Part shown: positions 12,760 through 25,717 of the stretch, piece by piece
Layout of the letters: the number at the start of each line of letters is the position of its first letter
Position numbering within the stretch: position 1 is the stretch's first letter
NCBI GenBank assembly: GCA_038087875.1
Contig: CM075981.1
Coordinates: 66,588,189 to 66,652,000 of the forward strand
Origin: Malacoraja senta
Taxonomy: Eukaryota
DNA length: 63,812 bases
Direction: 5' to 3'
Notes under the pieces: generated by a model
Databases searched by the model: none
Told to the model about the DNA's origin: nothing
The model's input: the letters and a program-made list of their open reading frames with translations, nothing else
Program-made: the position numbers and the translations under genes

Positions 12760-13022
12760 GAAGATAGAACAGCACAGCTACAGGAACAGGCCTTTTGGCC
12801 CACAATGTCTGTGCCGAACATGATGCCAAGTTAAGCTAATCTCCTCTGGTCTGCACATGATCCATATCCCTGCACAGCCACCTGGCAATCTAAAAGCCTT
12901 TTAAATGCCCCTATTGTATCTGCCTCCACCACCACCTGTAGCAGCATGTTCCAGGCACCCACTATTCGCATGCCATGCACATCTCCTATAAATGTTGCCC
13001 CTCTCAGCCTAAACATGCCCTC
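12760..13022 (-). mobile_element. CR1 LINE 3' end
   Basis: ORF 12831-13016 VGAWNMLLQVVVEADTIGAFKRLLD. Confidence 0.85.
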
Positions 13023-13279
13023 CAGTGTAATGGTCCAGAGCGTCTCCCTATCACTTCACAAGATACTAGGAAATGGTCAGCGATCCAAATTAATTAAACG
13101 TTTTAATAAACAAAGAGCCAACAGAGAGGAAGGCAGCATTTCTCCAGTGTGTGCTTGCTATCACACAGGCAAACCAGTCCAGCCCAGTTCTGCCCACAGA
13201 AATCAGTGACTACATGCTATCATTCTTAAAGTAGTACACACCAAATATTATATCACATGTAATGTAGTTATAAGAGCCA

Positions 13280-13808
13280 GACAGAGGCTTGGAATCCTGA
13301 TGCGGGTAATTCATCTCCTAACTCCCTAGTCAACCATCTAGAAGATCTCATCAGAAATATGATCGAGTACTCTCCACGAACATGAATGAAGGTAGCTTCA
13401 ATAACTCTCAAGAAGCTCGACTACAGCATTTCGCTTGATCCACAAACATTCACCCACTGTACTGCAGATACACAGAAGCAGCAGTTTGTGCCATTGACAG
13501 GATACCCTGCAACAACGCATCAAGGCACCTTCCAAACCCACGACTTCTACCAACTAGAAGATCAAGGCAACAAAAGCTTTCCCTGCAACCCACACATCAT
13601 CCTGACACGGAAATATATATCGCCGTTCCTTTACTGTCACTGGGTAAAAATGCTGGCTCTCCCTCTTTGACAACATTGTGGTTCTACCCACACCTCATGG
13701 ACTGCCACGGTTCAAGAAGGCAGCTCACCACCAACTTCTCAAGACCAATTAAAGATGGGCAATTAATTGTTGGCTCACTCTGTGAAGCCCATATCCTTTG
13801 AATAAATA
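13280..13808 (+). mobile_element. Degenerate CR1/L2-group LINE 3' end
   Basis: GGTTCAAGAAGGCAGCTCACCACC..GATGGGCAAT 3' UTR; related decayed ends at ~17190-17250 and ~46880-47180. Confidence 0.6.
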
Positions 13809-15871
13809 TCTAAAAAATAATAGAGAAAATTGGAAATGAAATGCCCAACAGTGAAAATAGTTGTCTGTTCTCTATGTGCTTTATTTTGGCACAAAATCCA
13901 TGTGTTACTTGTGTCAATGGATTGAGCTTTCTGTCTTGGTGCTAGTTGTCAGGCGGGAAGGCGTCACTTCTTGGAGAATGGGGACTGTCCCAGGAAGATC
14001 ACTGAGGGAACTCTGGGGGTGGGGCATATGTGGAGATGTTGCAGGCTTTACCCTTGCAGGTCCTGCAAGAAATGCAACCACTAGCACCTGACCTTCAGTG
14101 ACAGAAGGGTACTTTAACAGGCTGTGATAGGACAACATCCATCCACCTTACTGGCCAGGGTGGACGGAGCGATCAAGGACCACGTGTGGAGGTGTGATAC
14201 CTTTGGATCTCTGGAAAGAAACCAATCAAAGGAAAGGCTTCATTTCATCAGGTCCCAGAGGCACAGATCCAATGTCAGGCTGGTCTGTTTCACTCACAAA
14301 GGATAGTCTGTGACAACTGATTTTTCCGAAATTTAGGAGATGGACATCTTGCACAACACTGCTTCCTCAATGATCAATTCCAAGTTCAAAGGCGTGTTTG
14401 TCTGACATTAAATTTGTGCTGATCACAGATGCTGGGTCACAGTTCATGGCAGGCACGACGTGAGGTGCTCCATGGACCAGCAGTTCACCCACCGGCCGAC
14501 ATTTCCTCACCTCACACAGCAATCGAACAGCAGAGGAGATAAGGGCCACAGGGTCACTGCCTCACTACAATGAACTGTTGGCTTCAAATGACACTTTTGG
14601 AGATTGGTGGCTTGCTTTGGAAGGACATTACATGTTGCCATGGAGTGAACTTAAAATATCACTGGTTGCCTTTGATCCAATCCTTGGCAGAGAGCCAAGC
14701 TGTGGGTGTTCCTTGTACAGATATACCTCATTTGGAATCAGGTACATTGTGTTCAGCTGTACTCTGACTCTGACCCGGTCTGCCTCTCTGCGCAGCTCAT
14801 TTCATCTGCTTTTCAATATCCCCTTCTGCGTGCACTATCCGTAGAGATGACATTTCCAACCCACATCACACGCAGCCCATGCCCTCTTGAATTGCTCATG
14901 TTGCCATCCATGGCAGCATCCTTGGCCATACCTTGCACTGTTCTGAGTGGTGCCTCGCACTTCACTACTTGAATTCCGCATTTCTGGCACTCGATAGCCG
15001 CACAGCTCAGCATCTCTCCACACACCCTTTTTCAGAGTTTGCTGTCTCAGGTAGAAACTGCTCCCTCGGGATGGAGTTTAAAAATGTATTCTGTAAATAA
15101 TCCGGTATGTGATGAGTAAGTCCTTCAAATTTACAAACTGCAGTCATCTTCTAACAGTCTGAGCCCCATTAAGAAAATATCAAAGGATTCTCTCTGGTCC
15201 TGATTTAAGTAAAGAATGGGCAATGATCAACTGTTGCAGTCCTGGGAGGGTTGCGGTGTGCTTGTAATGTATCTAACACATCTAATGTATCCTCCAGGCT
15301 CTCGTTTGACTGGTTTATGGAGTGGTATACTTCTCTCCCCCTTCTGACTAATGAGATAAAATCATATTTTCACTTTCATCTGTTCTGGTCTTTCTGCCGT
15401 AGTCAGCTCAATGTACAGCTTGATGATTCTTTCCATTCTTTAGACAAATTCCTGTCTAGAAATCCAATGGATTTGGACATCGCTGTTTGTTCCAGCCCTC
15501 CTACAGCTCCGCTTTATCACAGAGCACATCCATGCATGAGGTCGAAATTTCAGAGTTTCATTAACCAGCGTTTCCAACACTATGCCTCAGTACCTCTCGA
15601 AAGATACTGTAAACAGTCAGTGATTCCAATTAATCCAGTGCTGGATGAAACAAAAAAACTTATCCAGAGCGAGGAACATTTCTCTAGTCACGGACCCACC
15701 ACCACATGTGCAAGCTGGCTCAACTCAGTTCAATCAACAGGGAGCAGTAACAACAGTGGGATGTAATCCACACCGCTCATATGAACTCGCCAGTTCAACA
15801 ACAGCAGCAGAAATGTCCAGCATCTTATGGACCTGAGTGTCCCTCTGTCCACCGTTACAATCAAGCTGTGG

Positions 15872-17000
15872 GGTCATATGAGTTATGCAGACAGAAACAG
15901 GCCCTGCGGCCCAACTCATCCATGGCAACACAAGTTGCCCCACCTAACCTAGTCCCATTTGGCCTTTACCTCTATAAACCTTTCCTATCTATCTACCTGT
16001 ACAAATATCTTTTAAATGTTGTTATTGTACCTGTCTCAACCACTTCCTCTGGCAGCTTATTCCATAAACCCACCACCCTTTGTGAGAAAAAGTTGCCCCT
16101 CAGTTCCTCGTAAATCTTTCCCCTCTCACCTTAAACCTGTGCCCTCTCGGTTTTGATTCTCCTACCCTTGGAACAAGACTAAGCTCAATGATTCAATGCT
16201 TCTTTATTGTCATCTATGCACAGCACAATTAAATAATTTTGCACAACCCACAAATGTACGGTCGACATATTTATGGCGCCGTTTACAAAGAAAACGTCTA
16301 AAGTCCTGTTGGAAGCACCGGATCGCCACTGATCCAGGTAAGTCCGGATAAGCCCAAGGCTACTGCCGGCCCGCTCCGCACCAGACAGCCTCTGTGCCCC
16401 AGGGAGCACTTCCTGCATCCAGCCTTGAAGGCACTGGAGGCAATCCCCCGGTCCCTCCCCGACCAGCCCACTCCACGCATCCATCATCGTCAGCAGCTCC
16501 CTCCTCGACACTCCTGTCTTCGGGGCTTCTGAGCTTCCCCCTGTAGGCAGCAGCCCACTGGGACTCTGTTCTCGGCGGTCGCCGGGTCTGTACTCGTTAA
16601 CGGCTGGGCACCGGTTGATCGCGGCATCCGCTGGGTCCGCTCTTGTGCGAGTCCGCGGTGCCTCACGGGAACTTCCCTCCTGCGCAGCCACAGTGCCTCA
16701 CGGGTGTATTCATCCTATCTATTCCCTCATGACTTTTTACACCTCTACAATATCACCCCTCAGCATCCCGTGCTCCAAGGAATAAAATGCTAGCCTGCCA
16801 AAACTCCCCCATTTAATCAGGCCAATTCCTGGCCATATCCTCATAATTCTTCTCTGCACTCTTTCCAGCTTGCATACAGCAGGGTGACCAAAACTGAACA
16901 CAATACTCCAAGTGCTGCCTCACCAATGTCTTGTAAATTTGTAACACAACATCCCAACTTCTATACTTAATTCCCTGGCTCAAGGCCAGTGTGTCAAAAA
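15872..17000 (-). mobile_element. CR1 LINE 3' portion interrupted at ~16180-16703
   Basis: ORF 16813-17052 [31 protein letters not shown]; collinear 3' UTR at 15872-16179. Confidence 0.9.
16180..16703 (-). mobile_element. GC-rich non-coding retroposon with Rex1-like 3' end, nested in CR1
   Basis: CpG-rich block splitting the CR1; minus-strand end TGACAATAAAGAAGCATTGAATCATTGA. Confidence 0.7.
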
Positions 17001-17502
17001 CTTTCTTCTCCCGAGGAATGTAGTAGGGTAGCTGGGAGCCGTACCAGCCCAAGCTGATGACCCGGGACTACAATGTGTGCTAAAAGAAATAATTCAGCAT
17101 GGAGTAGACAGAACTAAGTGATTGCAATTACCAGAGTCCGTTCCCTAGCAGCACCATAAAAACACTGTTCCCAAAGCATTGCAGCAGATCAAGATGGCAG
17201 ATCACCATCACCTTCTCATGGGGTGATAAATGCTGGCTTGACCAGTACCTGTGAATATTACCTCCCTCCTCCCTTCACTGCTGACCCCAACTCTCTCTGG
17301 CCTCCACAGACACACCAACTGCTGTGGAGCTGATACTGCCCCGGCACTCAGGACAGACTGATCCCCCACACATCACAGTGCTGGACCTTCACAGTCCCGC
17401 TACACCCCTCTCCAGCAATCTAAAGCCATCATCGTTCACCTTCAATAATCTGACAGTCTCCCTTAATTACACATAGGCAGATGTGCCCAGATGGAGTATA
17501 TC

Positions 17503-17652
17503 ATAGTCATAGATTCACACAGCATGGAAACAGCCTTTTCAGCTCAACTCGTCCGTGCAGACCAAGGTGTCCCATCAAAGCTAGTCCCACCTGCCAGTGT
17601 TTGGCCCATATCCCACTAAACCTTTCCTATCCATGTCCCTGTCCAAATGTCT
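17503..17652 (-). mobile_element. CR1 LINE 3' end fragment
   Basis: AGTCATAGA..CAGCATGGAAACAGCC..CTAGTCCCACCTGCC. Confidence 0.75.
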
Positions 17653-20089
17653 ATGTGACCAATAGTTTGGAAGGTCTCAAGATCCTCTGAGCAAAAAGAC
17701 TAATTTTATGTGAAAACATGCCTCTGACCAGAAACTATAGACAAAAGAATCTTTGTCAGAGCAAATCAAAAGCAGAAGAATATATTTCTAACAGTCTACT
17801 TTAAATCACGGTTTAGAAACTGGATCCTATCTTGGTTTGTCATCAGTGAGACACACTCGAGAATAACAACTTCTATTCATGGAGATCTTTTAGATTGTTA
17901 CAAAGCACCTTTCACCCAAACAACTTTTAAAATGTGGTCATTATTGCAATATTCAAAATGTAGCAGCAACTTTATGCATAGCACTCACAACCAGTGTCAT
18001 TGAGTCTCTGTGACTCTATGACACTTTTGAAGTATAGTCAATGTTAGAAATATGGCACCCAATACAAGGGCAGCCAGCTTTCATAACCAGTAAATGGTTA
18101 ACGGACCAGGCTGCAATGGGGCCTGGAAGGCCATGCTCTGTAGTCATTGCCAGGAGGGTCCATGAATGAATTGCTCAAGGAACAATGTGAAGAAAAGCAA
18201 TTAAGTAATCAGTTGTCCTGGTGTGTGTGTTGGGATTGGATCTGTGGTTTGGGTTGTGGCGTAGAGGCAATCAGAAGTGGGAAGTGATTTGAGCGGGATG
18301 GGGGTGAATGGGGTGAGATAGGAATTGTTACCTTGTTGAAAGTGGAGTGTTAGGGGCCAGGGCCCAAAGTAGCTAGGGAAGTAAAGTACAAATAGGAGGC
18401 TTCTTTAAGCCACATAGTGGCAGGGTTCACCAAAACGTATAAAGTCATAAATTGTCTGTAGAATGTGTTACTCAATCACACATAATAGAGAATCCCCATC
18501 AAGAGTCCTCTATTTATTTAATGCACCAATGCGTGCTGGAAGGTCAAGTAAAAACAAGCATCACAATTTACATGCTTGTAAATTCAATACTTCTGTTCAA
18601 ATTTCTTCATGAAAACTGAGAGCATCTAGTAAATATACAGAGCTCGTCAAAACAATTCCTTGGCAGACCTGTTTCAGTGATGTTGAGTGTTGGTTAGACA
18701 TTGGCTGGTTTGTTGAGGATTATCACCCTACTATTCTTGAAAGGATCTAGGCATATATATGCCCATCCTGAATTTCCCTTGGAAATATAGTTGCCTTCTT
18801 TGGCCATGATGATATGTCCAGTAATGGGTACGCAGGTCTGGGAGTTAACTCCAAGGCTGGTTAAAACCCAACCAATGCCCATCAATGGTCTCTTCTTGGG
18901 TTTCCAAGGATACGTCACAGTGGCCATTTTGACATTCAGTCAATGTTAATCCAAAGTCTGACCTAAAACATGCCACAGATGGTACAAATAGGCATCGCTG
19001 ATTCATTCTCATTCAAGGGTCCATTCTATGGACGCATACACAGCCCTTTGCTGAAGCACAGGAGAGAGGGATCCTTCTATTTCCAATTAAATTTTCTCTG
19101 AGAGTCCTGACCTGCTGAAATATTCTTTCACACACTTTCTGCAGTGAACTGATCACTATTTATTCCTTTGGCATAGTCTCCCAGCTTGCATCCTCAACAA
19201 AGAAAATGAACATCAGACCGTAATGGCCTGGAGATGCATCCTCTCATCTGACATGATCACATCCAGCTTTGTCCTTCAACAAAGGCTGCCTACTACTGTG
19301 TGATGCTTCTGAAGAGCAGGGAACCACCCTAGACAATTTTTACCACCAATGAAGAAGACCCCAATAGGAAGGGTGAAATGACCAATAGTGATATTTTGTC
19401 CAAAATATTATAATGCTCCCAAATTCATTTTGGCTTTGGAATCATTTGACAAAATTTATTTCAAACAAGCCCTCACTATTATATTGATGGCAAGGAGAAA
19501 ATCGCAGAATTCTTCTGCTCTAAGAATGTGGTCATCTGCATTGTTGCCTTGATTCTCTGCTTGGATGTATAAAAAAGTTCTCAAAACCTTTGAGACTATC
19601 CTTCAGACAGGTCTTGTAAGCTCTCCTCCTAGCTCAGTGTCTGAGTCTGAGGTGGATGATCAAACCTGCAGGGTGTTTTTCTTTGCATCGTTTCCCTTTT
19701 CTTGTGGCACTCAGATTGAGGGAGTGGGATGAAATTTGGGGACATAGTAGGGTGCCGTGAGAGAGAGGGGATAAATCAATCTCATGTTATAAAATCCCAT
19801 TGAATGGGAGTATTCATCTGTTTAGTATTTTTAAACACATTAAATACGTTTGCCAGGGTAGGATACATTTATTGTTGATATCTGTTCAGAATTGTATGTA
19901 CATTTGCTGGAATTATATATATTCAAAATTGAAAACCACACCGCAGCTAATTTGTGCGCCATGTCTGACTGACTAAGTAAACTGTTTTTCAGTGAAGGAA
20001 CAAATATTGCCCAGGGCACAGGAAGTAACTACTTTTCTACTCAAAATATGTAATGAGATTCTTTATATTCAACTGGAAGTGCAAGTTTA

Positions 20090-20680
20090 ATACAAACATA
20101 AAACATTACAGCACATGAACAGCCCCTTCTGCCCACAATGTCTATGTTGAACATGATGCCAAGTTACCCTAATCTTCCTGCCTGCATGCGATCCACATCC
20201 CTTTATTCCCTGCATATCCAGGTGCCTATCCAAAATCCTCTTAAATGCCACTCTTAAATAGTTTCTATCTGCACCACCATCCCTGGCAGTGTGTTCTAGG
20301 CACCCACCAGTCTCAGTATAAAAAATTTGCCCGCACATCTCCTTTAAACAATGTCCCTCTTGCCTTAATGCTACGCTCTCTGGTCTTTGTCACTCCAAGA
20401 TGTCACCGGAGGGTGGCAACTCTTTGCTTGCTGGTTCCATAGGAGGATGTACTATCATCTGATTCATTCACCCAAGAGTAAAATCTCTTTTACCTTTTGT
20501 AATTGTGTTGGGCTTGATTGTATTCATGTGTGGTGTCATCTGATTTGACCGTATAGCTTGCAAACAAGAGCTTTTCACAGTACCTCGGTACACGTGACAA
20601 TAATAAACCTAAACTTGACATTTTTACTGTGGGAAAAAGGTTCTGATTGTCTACCTTATTTATGCCTCTCATAATTCCTC
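20090..20680 (-). mobile_element. CR1 LINE 3' end, interrupted at ~20390-20613
   Basis: ORF 20087-20338 AFKRILDRHLDMQGIKG; resumes TTGACATTTTTACTGTGGGAAAAAGGTTCTG (MRGINKVDNQNLFP). Confidence 0.82.
20390..20613 (+). mobile_element. Short non-autonomous Rex1-tailed element
   Basis: Starts TCCAAGATGTCACC; the 3' ~125 bp match 2460-2595 and end GTGACAATAATAAACCTAAAC; no ORF sequence. Confidence 0.7.
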
Positions 20681-21209
20681 ATCCAAGTTTTGACAGTGCA
20701 GCACTCCCTCAGCGTTGCTGCAATATATTTTGAAATTAGTTATTTGGACCCACTCCTTCTGACTCAGAGCTGAGAGTATTGTTGGCTAAACTACAGCTGA
20801 CAGTGCCTGGCTTGAATGAATATAACAAGGGAGCAAGTGCCAAGATCCTGTCAATCTGCACAGGATATGTGTTTTCGACCATAACTATGATCATTGCTCT
20901 TCACTTGTATTTTATCTTAATTTCATGGATTTAGCTGGAGCGTCTAAGAATAAAATGAAATATGGGGAAGGAGGTCAGAATATTGAGCACAGCAATGCAA
21001 CATGAAAAGTGATGAGTCAGTGCCATTAAGGTGCACAGCAGCTGGAGAGGGCCAACTTAATATCAAGAGTGAAATTACTAAGAAACATGAATAGCAAACT
21101 CCATTTAACACTCACTAATGCCTTATTGGTGCCCAAATAAACTAATCAGCATATTTTGGAAGCCAATCTAACTTAGTGTCCCCTGCAAGTAGCTGATTAA
21201 GTGAATCTC

Positions 21210-21432
21210 CTACACATGTGCATACATTCAGGCAATTACAGGTGCACACACGCACACACACACTTGAGGATATACACATTATTGCACACACAACTTCACA
21301 GATAAGCACACACATGGAGTCACACACATAAGCACACACATGGAGTCACACACATATGCATACATGCATATTCAATCGCATATTCTCACACACAAACACA
21401 CACACACACGCCACACACCCACACCCACACCC
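21210..21432. repeat. CA-rich simple repeat with 26-bp tandem duplication
   Basis: ATAAGCACACACATGGAGTCACACAC twice, plus CA runs. Confidence 0.8.
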
Positions 21433-22303
21433 AAATAGACTATCATTCAGTGCAATTAAGAAATTGGTTTCAGGAGCATAAATATTTGTTCATATTGTCT
21501 GTAGAGCATTGTGTCTGTTTATTAATGCATTTATCTAGAAACATCAATGCCTAGAAGTTAACATGAATGCTATTGCTGAAGCTCACGGTCTTAAAGTAGA
21601 ATATTGAAACTGTTCTCCTGAAAGTTTGATATTCTCACCAAAGGCACGTCAGTTTTGCTCTTTGCTTAAGGGAATAGCATGTGCAAAAGTTGTGTAAATT
21701 GACAAAATAGCAAACCTAAGCTATCAGAAGCTAAATCTTGGAGGGCTTGTGGAGATTCTGGTGCACAGTTTGAAGGCCAGCATACGTATGTTGGCTGATT
21801 CATTTTAAGGTCTTATGTTGCTTTTAAATCTCTACCCTTCTTCCATCTTCCAATTTGGTTCTTTGCACCTTCTGATCTCAACACAAGTTTAACAACTTTG
21901 ATCACAGACCGTTTTATTGTTCAGTAGGCACTGGTAATGGTTCCGCTGTTAACATTTACATCACCTTCATTATTTCTTTATTACTTCTTACTTCCAACCA
22001 TTGCTTTGCATCATTATCTTTTCTGGCATTTAATTCATCCCATCACAGAACCTTCCCTTATGCCTGCTATGCTTGCTTAAATTCTGTCAAATCTCTAATT
22101 TCAAGTCTGATGAAAATGTTAACTGAAAATATTAACTCTTGTAAAACTTTCCATTATTTTGTTTCAGCTGTCCAGCGTATGCATTGTTTTGCTTTTGATC
22201 TATTAAGGACATTGCTTTACATAAAGTGCAGTGACTCAGCTTGGTAACTTGTTAGCTGAATTAGTTCCTTTAATATTTAAAGATTCAGTGACTCTATATG
22301 GAA

Positions 22304-22438
22304 GGCACGATGGCACAGCGGTATAATTGTAAATTGACCCTAGTGTGTGTAGGGTAGTGTTAGTGTGTGGGGATCGCTGGTCGGCGCGGACTTGGTGGGC
22401 CACAGGACCTATTTCCGCACTGTATCTCTAAACTAAAC
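22304..22438 (+). mobile_element. HE1-type SINE with large internal deletion
   Basis: Head GGCACGATGGCACAGCGGTA joined directly to the tail AATTGTAAATTGACCCTAG..TGTATCTCTAAACTAAAC. Confidence 0.8.
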
Positions 22439-22558
22439 AGAACCAAATTTCTGAAGATGAGTTCAAAGTCCAGGCACTACCATAACTTATGTTTAGCTCT
22501 TGACTAAGTACAAATTTCAACCGTACTAGATCCAAGAATTTTCATCCCCAAATCCCTA

Positions 22559-22626
22559 ATGAAGCCTAGCAGGGGTACCTCAGTTCTCCTGCTGATGAAG
22601 CCTAGCAGGGGTACCTCAGTTCTCCT
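22559..22626. repeat. Tandem duplication, 36-bp period
   Basis: ATGAAGCCTAGCAGGGGTACCTCAGTTCTCCT occurs twice identically. Confidence 0.9.
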
Positions 22627-22934
22627 CACGTTGAAGATAGCAGACTGGCAAGACTATTTTTATTTATATTTGCATTCACGAAAGGTGTTCTGGGAGATAT
22701 GGTGTAATTTGACTGTTGGTTAGAATATTAAACAGAAATCTTGCCCGATCTCTTGGGAGAGAGTAACTGGGCAATAAATTGTGCTATAATAGGCAGCAGT
22801 ACATATGATTCATTGTGGACTAATGACTATTTCAGTCATGAACCTGCAAACCTCAGAAGCATCATTGACACAAATCCTTTTTATTTTTCCTGAAATCCCA
22901 CCAATTTCCTCATCCCTCCCAGATCTCACCACAA

Positions 22935-23127
22935 ATGGCTAATTAAACGTCAAGCCCACATGTCTTTGGGATGCACGGGGGGGGGGGGGGGGGGGGGGGG
23001 GGAGCACCAGGGGGAAACCCAAGTGGTTATAGGAGAAGGTGCAAACTCCCCTCAGAAGGCGCTTGGAAGCTAGGATTGAATTAGGGATCCTGGAGCTGTA
23101 AGACAGTGGTTCCGACAACTGTGCCAG
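22935..23127 (-). mobile_element. Degenerate V-type SINE with poly(G) run
   Basis: ATGTCTTTGGGATG..GAGCACCAGGGGGAAACCCA..TGCAAACTCC..ACTGTGCC, the reverse of the SINE body; G-run ~22977-23002. Confidence 0.65.
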
Positions 23128-24495
23128 AATGTGTCCTTGCCCTTCCTACCTGCACTGAACGCAGAATTACTCAAGCCTTCGTACAGGTGGGAGACCATCT
23201 ATGTGGCAATAGGAAGTTTTAAAGAGCCCAGCAAAGTGCAGGCTGGTTTCTCATCTCCCTTATTATGGGTTACAATGAAAACTTTAATATTTCTCATTTC
23301 ATTTGACAATAAAGCAAAATAATGAATTATAAATTTTATCTGCCAGAGATTCTTTATTGTTTTGTTTGCTCTTATGTGCTGCAGGAAAGGATCTGCTCAT
23401 CCAGTGGTCAAAGAGCTCCTCCCAGAGTCACTGTGTGGAGAGGTCCAATGGACACCACCAGCACAGTCATAGGGAGTGTGGAGATATCCATGGTCAAGCT
23501 TGAGCAGCAGTGGCTCACTCCTGCTCCTCCTTTTTTATGTTCTTCACAGAGAGACTCCACTATTGTGGACAGCCTTCACAAAGGCTTTCAACACTACCAG
23601 CCAAGCAGGATTAAAGAAGGCAAAATATTTTCTTTTTAAACCCCGAAGGATTAAAAATAAAATAAAGAGAATACTTCTCATATGTGACTGGCTTCAGAAG
23701 TTTATCACCAGCCTCTACCTGCTCCACTATACCATGCAACATCAGACCCAGATCCTTCACTAACCCAACCTCAGTGCAGACTGTGACTGTATTAGCACAG
23801 CAACACTGTTCTCAGCTGTTCTCACTGTGTTACTGCACCTCACCTCCAACAAGTTTCCCAGTGGATTGGCGCTAACCTATAGGACAAGAGGTAAATGGTT
23901 CAACCTCTGTCATCTCCATCCCAGAATGACGGTCATCCAAAATTTGGTCATTGAGTTAGAGCAGCTAGGTTACATCTTGTTCACTCATGTCTATTCTTTC
24001 ACTTCATAGAAAACAAATCTCCTACCAGATATGCACCTAATCCTAACAATCAAGGCCCTGGAAGACTATCCATTCTGCAGGAGCTGTTTCATGTTGATGT
24101 CAGTGACAAAATTCTCAGTGACAAAAGGCTAGCACAGCCTTTGGCTGACAGATGAAAGACTGTTCATAGTCCAAGACGTCAGACCTGATGTCAAGTTAAT
24201 GGGCCACATTGACACAGTGACTCTACCCTGAGTGCTATTACAACAGAAAGACAGAGAAAACAACTTAGGGATATTCCCAAAGTCTAATTGAGAAAATATA
24301 GCATCCATTCCCCACTCATAACGGCGCATTGAACCACTGTGGGACTGAGGCACCTCAAGTCTCTACCATGCACATTCAACAGAAAGAGCATGCAACCTTC
24401 TCCATAATCCACCCATCGTCAAGCACCTTGTGCCTCATCTGAGGGTTCAATATTGGCCTCATCAGCCACCTCAGAGCCTGGGTGGAATCAAGTCT

Positions 24496-24928
24496 GATAC
24501 AATGATACAATTTATTTGTTGTCATTTGAACCTAAGTTCAAACGAAATTTGGTTTCTGCAGCATACAAACAAGTAAAAAGAACCAAGACAACACAATTTA
24601 CACAAACATCCATCACAGTGAATTTCCTCCTCACTGTGATGGAAGGCAAAGTCTTGTCTCTCCCCTGCACTCCCCATTCTCCTCCCGATGTCAAAGTCAA
24701 AGCCCCCGGCGGGCGATGGTAAATAAGTCCCGCGGCCATTAAGGCCGCACCGGGTGATGCAAGGCCGCGCTCCGGGTCTTGATGTTGGAGCCCCCGGCGG
24801 GCGCTAACAAGTCCCGCGGCCATTTAATGCCGCGCCGGGCGATGTAAGGCCCCGCTCCAGGTCATCTTCAACCCTGCAACTCGGGCGGGAGAAGTTGCCG
24901 TTGCGGGAGCTCCGAAAAGCGTTCTCAC
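24496..24928 (-). mobile_element. GC-rich non-coding retroposon with internal ~90-bp duplication and Rex1-like 3' end
   Basis: Tail (ATTGTATC)2; hairpins TTTGAAC-CTAA-GTTCAAA and CCATCACAGTGA..TCACTGTGATGG; two copies of GCCCCCGGCGGGCG..GTCCCGCGGCCATT. Confidence 0.75.
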
Positions 24929-24929
24929 T

Positions 24930-25224
24930 GTGCACAGTAGCGCAACAATAGAGTTGCTGCCTTACAGTGCCAGAGACTTGGGCTTGATCCTGACTATGGG
25001 TGCTGTCTATACAGAGTTTGTACGTTCTCCTCGTGACCACATGGGTTTCCTCTGGGTTCTCTCCGGATTCCTCCCACATTCCAAATTCATGCAGGTTTTT
25101 ACATTCATTGGCTTCTGTAAATCATCCTTGGTGTGTAGGATAGAATTAGTGTATGGATGATCACTGGTCGGCATGGTCTCGGTGGGCTGAAGGGCCTGTT
25201 TTCACACTGTATCTTTAAACTAAA
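24930..25224 (+). mobile_element. HE1-type tRNA-derived SINE
   Basis: tRNA-like head, GAGTTTGTACGTTCTCC..TGGGTTTCC..CTCCCACATTCCAAA core, CR1-like tail GAAGGGCCTGTTT..TGTATC. Confidence 0.88.
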
Positions 25225-25717
25225 GTCATCCTCAATCCCGAGGAACTGTCTGAGAAGACTGATTGATTTTGTGCAATGGAAGTGGGCCAGTTTCAGGGAA
25301 GGGCGGGGAGGTTTATTTCCCATTGTGTTTTTAACTGCCTTTATTGCAACAGCAATTCACTCACTAATGTGAGGCTAGTGTTGCAGGTTTTCGGAATGGT
25401 GTTGAGCCAGCCATGGGTGCAGGCTATACTTTGATGTGCAACTAGAATAGTTTATCAAAACCTTTCAAATGTGAAGCCTGGATTATGTACCTAAGGATTA
25501 TATAAATTAAAACCTACATTGCGACCTGGTGTAACATAACTGTTTTGAGCAGGAATAGCAAGGCCTTGCTTGGAGTGGGAGTGGTGTATCCGGATGAAGT
25601 TCACCTCAACCATTTTTACCACAATATGAGCAGGAAAGGAGCAAGTTGTTTCTGCATAAAAATCACAAAATATTCTAAAAAGGATAATCATATATTAGCC
25701 AGTTTTGTTTCCTCAGC

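Larger units (their letters stand above)
19935..20805 (-). mobile_element. Old Deu-domain SINE remnant split by CR1 (20090-20680)
   Basis: GCAGCTAATTTGTGCGC Deu-like core at ~19942; GACAGTGCAGCACTCCCTCAG..CCTTCTGACTCAGAG head-side sequence at 20692-20770. Recognised from memory of the family. Confidence 0.45.

Noticed and set aside
14300-15770. Moderately GC-rich unique region with several overlapping ORFs
   Set aside because: Stops in the frames I checked and no protein motif recognised; left unannotated.
16335-16344. CCAGGTAAGT (U1 5'-end match on the minus strand)
   Set aside because: Only 10 nt, with no further U1 similarity.
22559-22626. CTGATGA-AGCCTAGCAGG as a hammerhead
   Set aside because: No GAAA after the putative stem II; the motif is created by the junction of a simple duplication.
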